Of a DNA stretch of 64,000 nt, positions 8,385-19,700 are shown piece after piece. Both the position numbers and the translations under genes were made by a program. The DNA lies in the IMG/VR virus record IMGVR_UViG_3300020473_000017, one strand, 5' to 3'. The notes beneath the pieces were generated by a model. The model saw only the letters and a program-made list of their open reading frames with translations, had not been told where the DNA came from and searched no databases. The first letter of the stretch is position 1. Each line of letters starts with the position of its first letter. This stretch comes from a virus.

Positions 8385-10118
8385 CTATTTAGACAGGACT
8401 AAAACGTATAAACCGTTCCACCACATTTTATCATCCTCTTGATCATTGAGAAGTTCCCTTTCATATAAAATATTTAACTTTTGCTTCTCAACCCAACCTT
8501 TAGTGATAGCAACATTCTGTTCTACATTTGCATCATCAACTACTAAAGTAAAAACATTTTCAGTAAACCCTAGCATATTGTTAAAAAATTCTATCATTTT
8601 ATGCTCGGCATTATCCCCATCATAAAAGATTATATTAACATCCTCTTTAAAATCTTTCTTACCTAACTGGGATGAATCACCATTGAGAACTTGTATATCA
8701 AAATCTAAGGTGTCTGTAGTTACATTCGTCTGTAAATTTTTGACAAAAGTAGTAACACTAACGTCTTCTAATGGTAAAGTAATATCCTTTCTAGCTGGTT
8801 GTAAATTTGGTTCTGACCAATTATCATTTGCATATGCTGCAACCATATCATTATTCTGAATAGCAGCACAGAATGTAGATCCAGCAAACACACCCACCTC
8901 AAGATAGACCGCACCTTCCTGGGAGCAGAGATTATTTAAGAAATGTCTTACTCTAGCTGACGATAATCCAGGTACATTATAATACGCATCAGGATCTTTA
9001 GGATCATAAGCCTTATGATTTGATAGGTACTTACCAGAATTAATAAATGCTTCTATACAAGTTTCTACTTGTGGATGTACAATCAGATCAGCTTTCTTCA
9101 TATGAGATTCTACTACTTTCTCACAGTAGTTACAATCCCAACAATCAAACTTACATGTTTTTATTTTCTGCCTCCACATCCTAACAGGAGAATCTTTTAT
9201 TTCCAATTGAGCATTATATTTAATATACTCTGGAAACATATATTCTTCTTTAGCTGCCCATCTTTTGATGAGATCCATACTCTCTTGAAGTCTCATCATA
9301 CTTTCCCTACCATGTAGTTTAAAAGTATCAATACCCAACTCAAGAAATTCTAACCAGTCATCTCTCCATGGTGGAAGATTTGCTGCTTTTAAATCATACT
9401 CTGGATGTTGTACATCCCAAGTAGAACATGATACTCTACTAATAGGACTAGCAAAGAATATAGGATCCTTTGGTCCTCTTGTACTATTATATTGATAATG
9501 CTCTGGCATGATAGGACAACCACCCCAACATGTTTCATTGACTAGCATTGATAACATGACAGGTTTACCTAAGAACTTACAGTAATCCTTTGCCTTCTGA
9601 ATACGAATTAATTGATCACGATCTCTCATGAGATCCCGATCAAGATTTATATAATGAAATCCAGCCTCTGCTAATGCTACTATCTCATTGGGTCTTGTAA
9701 CCTCTCTAAGAATAGTATTCTTAATAAACAGATCTGGAAATGCTTGTTGAATCTGACCAGTAGATACCCATGATGTATGTGGTAGTGTTACCACTCTAAC
9801 ACCAGCATTATAAATGGGAGCAAAATTTTCAATCCAAAGATCTAAATTCTTTTGATCTGGTCTCACCCATATATTATTAAATGTAGCTGATAATGGGATA
9901 TTAGATTTATTTGAAATATAACATGCAGATTGTATTAAAGCTTGATTCTCAGCAAAACAATCCCCCATAGCATCCTGATCGAATGGAGGGATTCTGCAAG
10001 TGAAATATAGATCTAATATGTATTCTTTATATTCTTCTAAGAACGGAAGAAATGTATTGACTACAAAGTGCTCACTCAGCTTCGGGTTTATCGGTAGACT
10101 GAAGACTCTTTTGTTCAT
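8385..10118 (-). CDS. Peptidase-U32-family (Fe-S, TIM-barrel-type) domain fused to a class I SAM-dependent methyltransferase
   Basis: N-part: INLDRD, VNETCWGGC, GIDTFKLHGR (U32 K..GR motif) and CKFDCWDCNYC. C-part: YLEVGVFAGST, IIFYDG, LVVDD and WWNG (Methyltransf_24-like). Confidence 0.72.
   Translation of the reverse strand: MNKRVFSLPINPKLSEHFVVNTFLPFLEEYKEYILDLYFTCRIPPFDQDAMGDCFAENQALIQSACYISNKSNIPLSATFNNIWVRPDQKNLDLWIENFAPIYNAGVRVVTLPHTSWVSTGQIQQAFPDLFIKNTILREVTRPNEIVALAEAGFHYINLDRDLMRDRDQLIRIQKAKDYCKFLGKPVMLSMLVNETCWGGCPIMPEHYQYNSTRGPKDPIFFASPISRVSCSTWDVQHPEYDLKAANLPPWRDDWLEFLELGIDTFKLHGRESMMRLQESMDLIKRWAAKEEYMFPEYIKYNAQLEIKDSPVRMWRQKIKTCKFDCWDCNYCEKVVESHMKKADLIVHPQVETCIEAFINSGKYLSNHKAYDPKDPDAYYNVPGLSSARVRHFLNNLCSQEGAVYLEVGVFAGSTFCAAIQNNDMVAAYANDNWSEPNLQPARKDITLPLEDVSVTTFVKNLQTNVTTDTLDFDIQVLNGDSSQLGKKDFKEDVNIIFYDGDNAEHKMIEFFNNMLGFTENVFTLVVDDANVEQNVAITKGWVEKQKLNILYERELLNDQEDDKMWWNGLYVLVLSK
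8386..8392 (-). promoter_or_regulatory. Possible late promoter variant CTAAATA
   Basis: Overlaps the stop of the upstream gene, 25 nt before the ATG at 8361. Confidence 0.45.
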
Positions 10119-10848
10119 TACTATGTTCCGCTGTCAGTTGATTGAATAATTCTAAGTTGAGGTTATCTTCAATGTTATCGAAGGTTGGGAACCTAGGTGG
10201 TTCTCCATCTGTTAACATCTTATCAATTTGAGGTTTCATACTATTCTGAACCTTAGCAATACCTGCATTAAGCATTCCTGAATATTGCATTGCTATACTG
10301 ACAGCATAGATCTGATCCTCCTCTCTCATCATAGCAATAGAATCCATATTACCAATACCTATTCTACCATTAGCATATATGTCAATAGCAGCCTGTTTAC
10401 CCATACGAGCAATCCAGTATTTTCTTTCTTCCTCTTCAGTATAGTCAGCAGCTTCTCCCATCTCTTCAATGGACTTAAAATTCTTACGAACATAATTCAT
10501 AAAAGGTTCCAGTTCATGATCATACTGACGTATGCTCACATCAAACTTACCTAAGTCTAATTTATATTCAGCAATATCTAATTCGATGAGCTCCCTTTCA
10601 AAAGGATCATCTTCTTTTTCTAATTTCTCTTCGAGTTGACGTATCTTTACAGTCTTTCTCTTTCTATCTAATTTTACTTTCTTCCTTTCATGGTTCCTAC
10701 TTTCAATCTCAATTAGAGCTTGACGTAGTTGACGAAAATCAGTGACATGTGAATTGATAACAAAATTTTTAATTTGCTCTCCAGTCATGCCATAGTGCAT
10801 AGAGGTTTCTACCCAATCCTCTATATTCTGGGCGGTAATCTCAGTCAT
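10072..10848 (-). CDS. Hypothetical coiled-coil protein, 258 aa
   Basis: Charged helical middle region. Overlaps the U32-methyltransferase gene by 47 nt. Confidence 0.8.
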   Translation of the reverse strand: MTEITAQNIEDWVETSMHYGMTGEQIKNFVINSHVTDFRQLRQALIEIESRNHERKKVKLDRKRKTVKIRQLEEKLEKEDDPFERELIELDIAEYKLDLGKFDVSIRQYDHELEPFMNYVRKNFKSIEEMGEAADYTEEEERKYWIARMGKQAAIDIYANGRIGIGNMDSIAMMREEDQIYAVSIAMQYSGMLNAGIAKVQNSMKPQIDKMLTDGEPPRFPTFDNIEDNLNLELFNQLTAEHSNEQKSLQSTDKPEAE

Positions 10849-10860
10849 AGTATAAAATAA

Positions 10861-11634
10861 TTAAACTTTTAATCCAGGCTCCACGTTGTCTACGGTTTGT
10901 ACTCCATTGAGACCCTCATGAGTCTGACCAAGTTCCTCTGCTTGTTTGTAAGGTACTGGCATACCCATGTACTTTTGATAAAGTACGTTTAGTTCTTTTA
11001 TTGTAGCACAAGATTTGAATTCTTGCTTGATCTTCAGCATATCTGCGTAAAGAGCTACTACTTTTTCTTTGAAATCTGCTTGACCTGCTTTAATTGCAGC
11101 AGCGACTTCTTCTTTTGTTGAACCTTTAACAGCTACAATACTATCTATAACAGGTGTTTCACCATCCAAATTGTTCGCTTCTCTGATCTGAGATTCCCAA
11201 AGAAACTGTTCAATCTTAGATTCTTCTGCCTTGAGTGTAAGAAACTTACGATCATATTGATCTTCAATAATAAGTTTTGCTGCTAACTTCATAAATGCTA
11301 TGGCAGCATCAAATCTTTCTTGTGGTAGTTCAACTTTAGTTTTACCATCACCAACTTCTTCAAGTAAATACTCATCATCTTCAGATAAAGGGTCTTCATC
11401 TGTAACTTTAACTACAGCACGAATTTCTCCAAAGTGCTTGGTTCCCCACCTACCTAGATCTTCACTTATCTCTTCATATGATTTTGGTAAAGTATATAAA
11501 TCTCTAACCCATTTTTCTTCTACGGAAAATACGCAGATACCAAACATATTCCAGATGATATTGGCTGTTGACAACCAATCAATATCATCACTTCTTCTTC
11601 CTATGAAGTACTTTAGTTTAATTTCTTCGCTCAT
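10861..11634 (-). CDS. Hypothetical protein, 257 aa, possibly tail-fibre assembly chaperone-like
   Basis: W..Q..EA......TPVIDSIVAVKG..KEE...I resembles motifs of phage tail fibre assembly proteins. Acidic, and directly follows a fibre-type gene. Confidence 0.5.
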   Translation of the reverse strand: MSEEIKLKYFIGRRSDDIDWLSTANIIWNMFGICVFSVEEKWVRDLYTLPKSYEEISEDLGRWGTKHFGEIRAVVKVTDEDPLSEDDEYLLEEVGDGKTKVELPQERFDAAIAFMKLAAKLIIEDQYDRKFLTLKAEESKIEQFLWESQIREANNLDGETPVIDSIVAVKGSTKEEVAAAIKAGQADFKEKVVALYADMLKIKQEFKSCATIKELNVLYQKYMGMPVPYKQAEELGQTHEGLNGVQTVDNVEPGLKV

Positions 11635-11635
11635 G

Positions 11636-12802
11636 TTAGAATCCTGTGTATCCGTACATTAAGGTACCATATTCGGAACCAGCAGCAGATGCTGTTCCTG
11701 GAGGACCACTCCTATCCATTCGACTATCTCTTTGGAAACTATGACTTGCATAAGTGAAGAGATAACCATTGTTATTCTGGGAACCATCATACTGACCACA
11801 AATGAAACCATATTCATTTCCAGTATGGAATGTTTCCTCACCAGTAGTTATGCCATTTTTACTGACAGATGCTCTACGACCACCATTGTAAGAATCTCTT
11901 ACATGCCAGTCACTAGAAGTACGATAACCACCACCAGTGTTCCAGTACCCAAAACCATTTCTACTTGAGAGTGTTTTGTTAGTACCGTCAGTTCCTGGTC
12001 CGTCTGTCCAACCATGGAATACTTCGGTAGAGAAGTTGAAACTTTGTTTACTACCAGTAGCAATCCAACCTACAGTAGCACCTTGTCCACCAGCAGGGTT
12101 GTTCTGTGTACCATTGGGATGGGTTGTACTAAACTGATTTGCAGCAGTTGCTAAATTATATTTCACCAAGTTGCTACTATTACCACCACCATGTACATAT
12201 GCATAAGTAAAATCTTTCTTCATGCAGGTAGCTCTATGTTTTGTTCCTGCCATAGAGGTTGCTGCACCAGTATTGGTTTCTGTTACCATACTGATAGATG
12301 ATACTAGGTCAGTAGTTGCGTTCCAACTATCTCCAGTACAGAATATGTAACTCTTAAATGCTGTGTTCCATGCAGAATCAATATAAGCACCTGACCATGT
12401 AGTTAAATCTCCTAAGTTAGTCTGGGTAAATGTTGAGTGTACAAGTCTATTAACGTTCTTGTAAGAGGTTCCTCCACGATATCCACACTGACTAAATCCT
12501 CTAGTTATATCAAATCCTGCTTTATATGCTGCCTGATTCGCACCTCCTGCAGTTCCTTCTCCACCTTCATCCCAATAAGCCTGACCACTACTACCACCAG
12601 ATCTCAGAACAGCACCAATGTTAGTTACATCCTGAGTTGGTAGAGTTACAAATGGTTGTCCATTTTGTAATAAAGTACCAGTAAAATCTATATTTCCAGC
12701 AACAGATACATTACCAGTAAAAGAAGCACCACCCGTCGGAAAACTTACAGCTCCCGATTCGGCTCTATTTGTTACTTCATCAACTTTAATTCTAGATGCC
12801 AT
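11636..12802 (-). CDS. Virion or fibre-tip protein with Gly/aromatic repeats, possibly a Kelch-like beta-propeller
   Basis: N-terminus MASRIKVDEV is typical of marine phage fibre appendage proteins. Repeated GF..CGY, AYVHGG, GY..TGG and GFICG units. Confidence 0.5.
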   Translation of the reverse strand: MASRIKVDEVTNRAESGAVSFPTGGASFTGNVSVAGNIDFTGTLLQNGQPFVTLPTQDVTNIGAVLRSGGSSGQAYWDEGGEGTAGGANQAAYKAGFDITRGFSQCGYRGGTSYKNVNRLVHSTFTQTNLGDLTTWSGAYIDSAWNTAFKSYIFCTGDSWNATTDLVSSISMVTETNTGAATSMAGTKHRATCMKKDFTYAYVHGGGNSSNLVKYNLATAANQFSTTHPNGTQNNPAGGQGATVGWIATGSKQSFNFSTEVFHGWTDGPGTDGTNKTLSSRNGFGYWNTGGGYRTSSDWHVRDSYNGGRRASVSKNGITTGEETFHTGNEYGFICGQYDGSQNNNGYLFTYASHSFQRDSRMDRSGPPGTASAAGSEYGTLMYGYTGF

Positions 12803-12814
12803 GTCGTTTCCGTA

Positions 12815-13777
12815 TTAATGTAACCAAAGGGTCCAAGCGTTTGTATAACGATACTCACCATAAGCATCTGTTGTTCCCCAAATCACCTGACAAGGTGCTG
12901 AAGAACTTCCTCTCTCCGTACCAAAAGATAGAGGTCCAATATTTTGAGAGTGAGAGTTATTACCACTAGTCAAGTTACCTGGATCAATAATAAGCATATT
13001 GCTACTAAAGTTTCCAGATGTATTACCATCAAAAATAACAGCCCAATAACCACAACCATTGTTCTGGTATGGTGAATTATTTACAATACCACTAAAGTTC
13101 TGAGTAAATGCACAGAAGTCAGCAGTATGAAAACCACCAGAAACATAACTTGCTTGGTAATGAACTTTAGTCAATTTGGGTAAACTACATCTAATTGTAG
13201 ATAGTGAGTTACCACCAGAGTGAGTTTGGTTTCTACCAATTCTATGGGTACCTTGTCCAATAGTATCATTATTAGTACTGGTATCTGAGTTACTATTCCA
13301 AGCAGGGATAATCGTACTTGGAGTTCCATATTCAGTATGTGCTATAGCAGAGTTATTTGCACCGAAGAATGCAGCATCATATTTAATCCACCCATTATCT
13401 CCAGTACCAAAACGATCAGTTGCATCATAATCAAATTCAAATGCTCCACTTCCAGGTATTGTTACCCATACAGTACCAGATGTTTGGTTACCTTGTTCGT
13501 ATGCATCCTTACCAGAAAATGCAGGATTACTTGAAGACCCACCACGGTTTCCTCCACCGCAGTTTGCCCATCTATCTCCAGTCCAAACTTCCAAAGATGC
13601 TGTATCCGTGTTGAGAATCAACTCACCGACATAAGGGTTTGCTGGTCTACTACCTTGAGCATAATTTGGTAATCTATATCTTCCTGAAGTACAGTGCAAT
13701 TCATGTCCTGCAGGAATTTCAATCTGATTATTATAAGTTGCAATTCCTTGCAAATTGTGTACTGATAATGTGCTCAT
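12815..13777 (-). CDS. Putative fibre-tip or receptor-binding protein, 320 aa
   Basis: N-terminus MSTLSVHNLQG. Shares the RP...G....N....L..W.G..W...GGG..GSS...A.S module with the 301-aa protein. Confidence 0.55.
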   Translation of the reverse strand: MSTLSVHNLQGIATYNNQIEIPAGHELHCTSGRYRLPNYAQGSRPANPYVGELILNTDTASLEVWTGDRWANCGGGNRGGSSSNPAFSGKDAYEQGNQTSGTVWVTIPGSGAFEFDYDATDRFGTGDNGWIKYDAAFFGANNSAIAHTEYGTPSTIIPAWNSNSDTSTNNDTIGQGTHRIGRNQTHSGGNSLSTIRCSLPKLTKVHYQASYVSGGFHTADFCAFTQNFSGIVNNSPYQNNGCGYWAVIFDGNTSGNFSSNMLIIDPGNLTSGNNSHSQNIGPLSFGTERGSSSAPCQVIWGTTDAYGEYRYTNAWTLWLH

Positions 13778-13780
13778 AGT

Positions 13781-16700
13781 TTAAACAATCGTCCAGGATC
13801 CACCGTTATCTATAGTAACTGTGCTACCGTTATTTATAGTCAATGGCCCCGCGCTCATGCAGCAATCTCCATTAGCAACAGTGATGCTTTCTCCAACAGA
13901 ATTTCTATTACGCTTGAATACCCCGTGAGAATCGATCCATTGCTTGTCGCCACCTGCTCTTAGAACTGTGCTCTTCTGTCCAGAAGATAGTCCTTCAGAT
14001 GCATTAAGGTTTAATCCACTATCTCCAGTAACTTGTACTCTATATGTTGACTGAATAGAGTTGCCACCTGGTTCGTGGAAATGACATCTACCACCCTGAT
14101 CCCATGATGCAAATGTTTGGTCACTATCATTTCTAAAGAAGAAGTCATCACCAGTCTTAATATAAGTATGACTATTATTAGCAAAGTAGAATCTTTGCTG
14201 ACCACCATCATCTGATATCCAAGTGTTAACTACACCCTGTAGATAAGGTAGGTTAAGTGCACTATAACCATCAAGTAAGTCTGCATTCAGGTTAGTACAT
14301 ACAGTAGTAGAACTAACACTAAGTGGTGCAGTACCAGTAGCAACAGTAGACTTAAGTTGATTGTCAGTTTCAATAGCACCACCAACATTCAATCTTGAAC
14401 CAGCTCCAGTACCAGCTGCCCTGTTAATAAACCATCTACCAGTAGCTTGATAGATCGCAAGGTTACAAGATCCAGTAGTAGCTTGAGCATTGATAGTTGC
14501 TGCAGCACCTGGATTTGCAAATCCTTTAAGAACAAAATATGATACGTTAGCATCATCTGCACCCATGACCCATGCATTATCATTATCTTTATCATCCCAT
14601 GTAATAGAAGGAGATCCACCACTCGTACCAAGTAATATACGACCATCATTAGCAGCACCAGATTCAAAGGTTGCCCATGCAGCAAGACCATCTTGATCCT
14701 TAGTGACATGTAAAGGTGATCCAGGATTAGATTGTCCAACACCTAAACGTGCATTACGGAAGTATACACCATTGTATGATAAGTGAGTTCCATTCCAACC
14801 AAAGTCATTAGTGTCAGTACCAAAGCGGATGTAACCAACAGTACCACTGTTTCTACCCTTGATGGATAGAGAGTTAGTTGCTGCCTTACCTAGGTCAACA
14901 CCATTAGCACCAGCAAGTTGTAAAACTCCAGTACCAGTGTTATTGAATGTACCTTGGTCACCAGTTAGATCGTTAACTGTAAGGTGTCCAGAAGCGTCTC
15001 TACGAGCGATTGTATTAGCATTTGCTGCAGTAGACTGAGTGAAACCATCTAAGTAATGAGCGTCTAGCTGTGAGGAACTACCATCGTTACCTGCGTGCCA
15101 CACGGTGTTACCGTTGACGGTGATATCACCAGTATTAATTCTTAAAGTACCATTTCCGTTATTGGTATTACCACCAGAAATGTAGAACTGAACATCGTAA
15201 TCAGGAGCTTGTCCCGAAGAACGGAAGTCAACTGTTGGAGTTGTAGAAACAGATCCCTTACCAATTTGTAGTTTAGCACCTGCAGCAGCATCACGTAATC
15301 CAATAACAGTAGTAGAACCGCTAGAGATTGGGTTGGATGATGTTACAGTCCACTTAGTACCTGGGTTAGGACCAACAACATATATGTTTGCGTTAGTATT
15401 ATTACCAACAAATGCGATTGTACCTGTTACTAATGAATAAATCTCACCAGATGTATGAGTAAGTTCACTAACACCATTAGCATCAACTACGATAGAACCA
15501 ATGTTGTTTGTTGCACCTACATCAGAGTAGATAGTGTAAGTACCACTTGGGTTAATGTTACCATTAGCACCAGTCCTACAATGGAAATCTGGAATGTATA
15601 ATGTGTACTTCAGACCACTATCATTAAGATAGAAGTTCTCGAAGACCATCTTGTCTTGACCAAGAACTTCAGGTAAGAACATATCACCCATAGGTGTATT
15701 GATTCCACCCTTAGAATTACCGAAGTTATAACCTGACTGATACCATAGACCTTGTGATCCATCTAGTTTATCAGCATCTAGGCCACTCGCAGCACCATCA
15801 TTAGCACCTGACCAAATCTTAGACCAGTTACCATATACAGTGTTACCTCCACTGTTACCTCTAATCCAAAGGTTATCATTATCAGTGTAACCGATTTGAA
15901 TAGCAGCAGAACCTGTTGCTTCCCTTCTGTAGGTCATGATACCGTGTGTGGTACCACCGTCAGTTAAACCAGTTGCACTATTATTTCTTAATGCAGCAGA
16001 AATACCGTTTGCTGCCTGTGCAGGTGATGGGTTAGAAGTTAGAGATGCAGTCTCGTTGAATACTCTGTTTGCTGTGTCAGCAGTACCAGAGATAGAAATA
16101 TTATATGTTGTATTTGCAAGACGTGCGGGATCAAGTGTACCAGCATTCAAACTACCAGCGTTCTGATAGAATGCACCGTGGTTACCATCCAGTTTATCAG
16201 CATTAAGTTCTGATCCTGGTCCTTGGTCAATAGTTACCTGACCATCATTATCAATTACGAAACCACCTTCTGATTGGTTACCAACTGCTTGGTTAGCAAC
16301 ATCCTTACGGAAACGGAATACACCGTAGTTACCATAGACAGTAGCGGCAGGAGTAAGGTTATCACCCTTCCTCATGTCAATTTCTATGTTACCATATACA
16401 CGGTTAATAGTACCCTTAACAGCAGTTAAGATTGCTCCATTACCACCACCAAATTCTGCAGGTATTGTTATACTAAATCCAGCAGTATATCCTGTACCAG
16501 AGTCAGTTACAGTAGCAGATGTAATAACACCACTTGTAACTGTATAAGTTGCTCTTGCAACACCACTATCAGTAACACTTACGTTACCACCTTCTAATGG
16601 TAAGTTCTGATAAGTACCGTCTGTGTATGAAGTACCACCGTTAGTTATAGTGATGGTGTCAATATATGTACTGTCTGTGACAGATCCATCAATAACAATA

Positions 16701-19700
16701 CAATCCTGAGTAGCAGGTCTAATTGCTTGTAATGCATACTCCCAAGAAGAATCACCACGTAAGAATGTGTAAGAGTTAGATACACCTCTACTTGCTAATC
16801 TCTCTGGGTCAATAGTACCAGCAACAATGTTAGAAGCATCAATGTTAGTTGATGTTAACTGTGTCCAGTTCGCTGCATTAGAAGCAGAAGTATTAATTAC
16901 CCTTGTAAGGTCAACAATTCTCTTTCTAGCAAAGTTACCAGAAGTACTTGCTGAAGCAGCAGAAGTTACTGTATACTGGTTAGCATTAATTAGAGAAATT
17001 GTATAGAAACCATCAGCACCCTGACCACTTGTAAAGTCTAAGAAAACAAGGGATGCGTTTGATAAGTTATGTCCAGTCTCATCAACTGTAATGGTAGTAC
17101 CAGATTGAGAATAAGTACCAGTTCCTTCATTAGCACCAGCACCATCAAGGATAAAGTCACCAGCATCAAACTTGATATTGTTTGCAATGTTGATGTTAAC
17201 TCTACCTTCAATTTGAGCAGCAAGAACTGCATTATTGTTAGTAGGTGAGTTAGGTGCAGTTACAGTTGGCTGTGAGTAGTATCCAGAACCAGGGTTGGTA
17301 ATAGTAACCTTAGTTACGATACCACTTGTTACGTTAGCAGTAGCAGTTGCCTGTGTGCCAGATCCACCAGGTGCAGAAATTGTTAGTGCAAAGTCACCAG
17401 TATAATCCGCACCACCATCAGTGATAACGAAGTTATAAATTTGACCATCATTAAAGGACTGAACAGTACCACGAGCAGTAGTAGAACTACCAGTTAGGAT
17501 AGCACCATTAGTGAATGAGTAATTACTATTCGGTGTGAATGCTAAGAACTGAGATTCTAAGTCATTCTCCAAGATATAGGAGATTGCAGTACCATCAGTT
17601 GTAAACGTATGAGTACCTGTACCCTGACCAGTAAGGTCAATAGCAGTACCATTTGTTGCGTTTGATGATGTAGAAGCAAGTTTAACAGTGTTGTCATCAA
17701 CCTTGATAACAAAGTACTTGGTAGCAGTTGAAAGTCCACCAATCGCTGTTGTTCCCTCAGTATATGTTAATCCATCACCAGTATTTGCACCATGAGCTGT
17801 GATGGTAATCTCTTCAGTACCTGTATTAACTGAAGCAGGAGCAACGCTGAAGTCTACAGCAGTTGTCTCAATAGCAATGTCACCAGCATTTGCGTCTTCA
17901 ATAGCAAGTCTTTCTACCTGAGATGTAACAGAAGTAATATTGAAAGGACGTAAAGCAGGTATCTGATCAATGTTAATCTTACCTGAAGACGTTAACTGAA
18001 CCAGTGCAGATGGAACTGCGTTTGTTGAATATGGCTGGTTGAGGTATGGTCCTAGGTTATTTGAAATATAATCTTTAACTGATGCCTGAGTAGGTAGTAA
18101 ACTATCAGATGCGAATGCACCACCTAAGTTGTCATCATCAGAGAAACCTGTAATCGTGATGTCACCACCAACGATCTTAATGGATGATAGTTCAGAGATA
18201 CTAACAGTACCAACGAAACTAATAGCACCAGTTCTGTTGAAGATAGTAACGAAATTACCAACCTTGAAGTCACCAAATTCGTTAGTACCAGATGTATAAA
18301 CCTGACCGAAGGCTTGTTCTGAAGCTTCGTATGCAGTACCTAAACCAAATCCACCGTTCTGAGGTAGAGCAGCATAGGTGTTACCAGATCCAGAATATTC
18401 CCAAGTATGTGATGAGGAGTTAACAACAGATGGTCTGTGGAATTGGATTGAGCGATTGACTAAGTTACTTAAGTTACCGTTAGCATAACTGTTCCTAGTG
18501 TTAGGAGCTGCTGTATCGGTATAATCCATCGACCTGTTGGTCGTGATCTTAGCAACTACCTGAGTTCCAGGAGCACCACTGACTACTTCTGTTTCAAGAA
18601 TGATATGCTCAACAGCAGGGTCAGTTGGATTACATCCACCAATTCTAATGATATAATCTTCTGTTGGAATATTGGTTAATGTTGTACCAGATACCTGAAT
18701 GACCTGTCTGCCAGATTCAACTTGGTTGTTATCAACATCATTAGTAATACTATCAATGACACCAATGTCAAAGCTGTATGGGTCTTCTCTAAATCCAGTT
18801 GCACGTAGAGAGTACGTACCAAAGTTAGATGCAGAGTTAGTAATAGATGCATATCCACCAGACTGACAAACAACACCATCTTGACAGAAGATAGCGAACA
18901 CAGAAACGACCTGTGTATATCCATCATTAGTGACGTTGTATGCAGTACCACCAAAAGATATAATGGTAAATGCGTTTGCAACCATCGACTTACCTTGTGG
19001 GTCGAACTGTGCAATACTATTACCTTGTGCGTCTAATTTAAGACCTGGACGAGGTACGTTTGGTGTAGCAACCTTAGCACCGTCAATATCACAACCAGAA
19101 CCTCCAAGGAATGATATAACAGAAGAGTTCTGAATGAATGGTGATGCTTCGACTACTGGTAAGTCTAAGAATAGATTGAGTAGTGGGAACTTGTACTTAG
19201 CAGCATCCTGTTCAGTAATAAGAGGATCTGGTTCTGTAATAGTACCACTGTATAAAGTACCACTGGATAAAACGTTATCTAAAATACCCCAGTTGGTAGT
19301 TAGTGCAGATACAACATTAGCACACTCAGGAGCACTTGAATCTATAGTAATAGAACTATTAGAAACAGGAGCAATATTTGAGAAGAAGCCTGGTTCTAAA
19401 TCATTTCTTATTGCTTTGATGCAAAGCTCTTTAGCATATGCAAAGATAGCACGAGTATAATCTACTTCTTGAGTAACATGTGCAATAGCACCACTAGAGA
19501 TATACTTGTTAGCAGATTCAACTATTGAAGAGTTACCAGTGTAACGAAGGTCATACTGAAGTGCTCTAACAATATGAAGAATATCATCTAAACATTGTTG
19601 ATCACCAGGTGAGAATGTTCTAGTTACAGCAGATAAATCACCGTATGAACCATCTGTACCAAGTGCAGTTGTAATTATACCAAAGAATGTATCAATTGCA

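Noticed and set aside
8385-10118. Radical SAM assignment for the Cys-rich motif CKFDCWDC
   Set aside because: The motif fits CxxxCxxC but lies at the end of the domain, has a fourth Cys and follows the U32-type FKLHGR motif. Radical SAM motifs normally lie near the start of the barrel.
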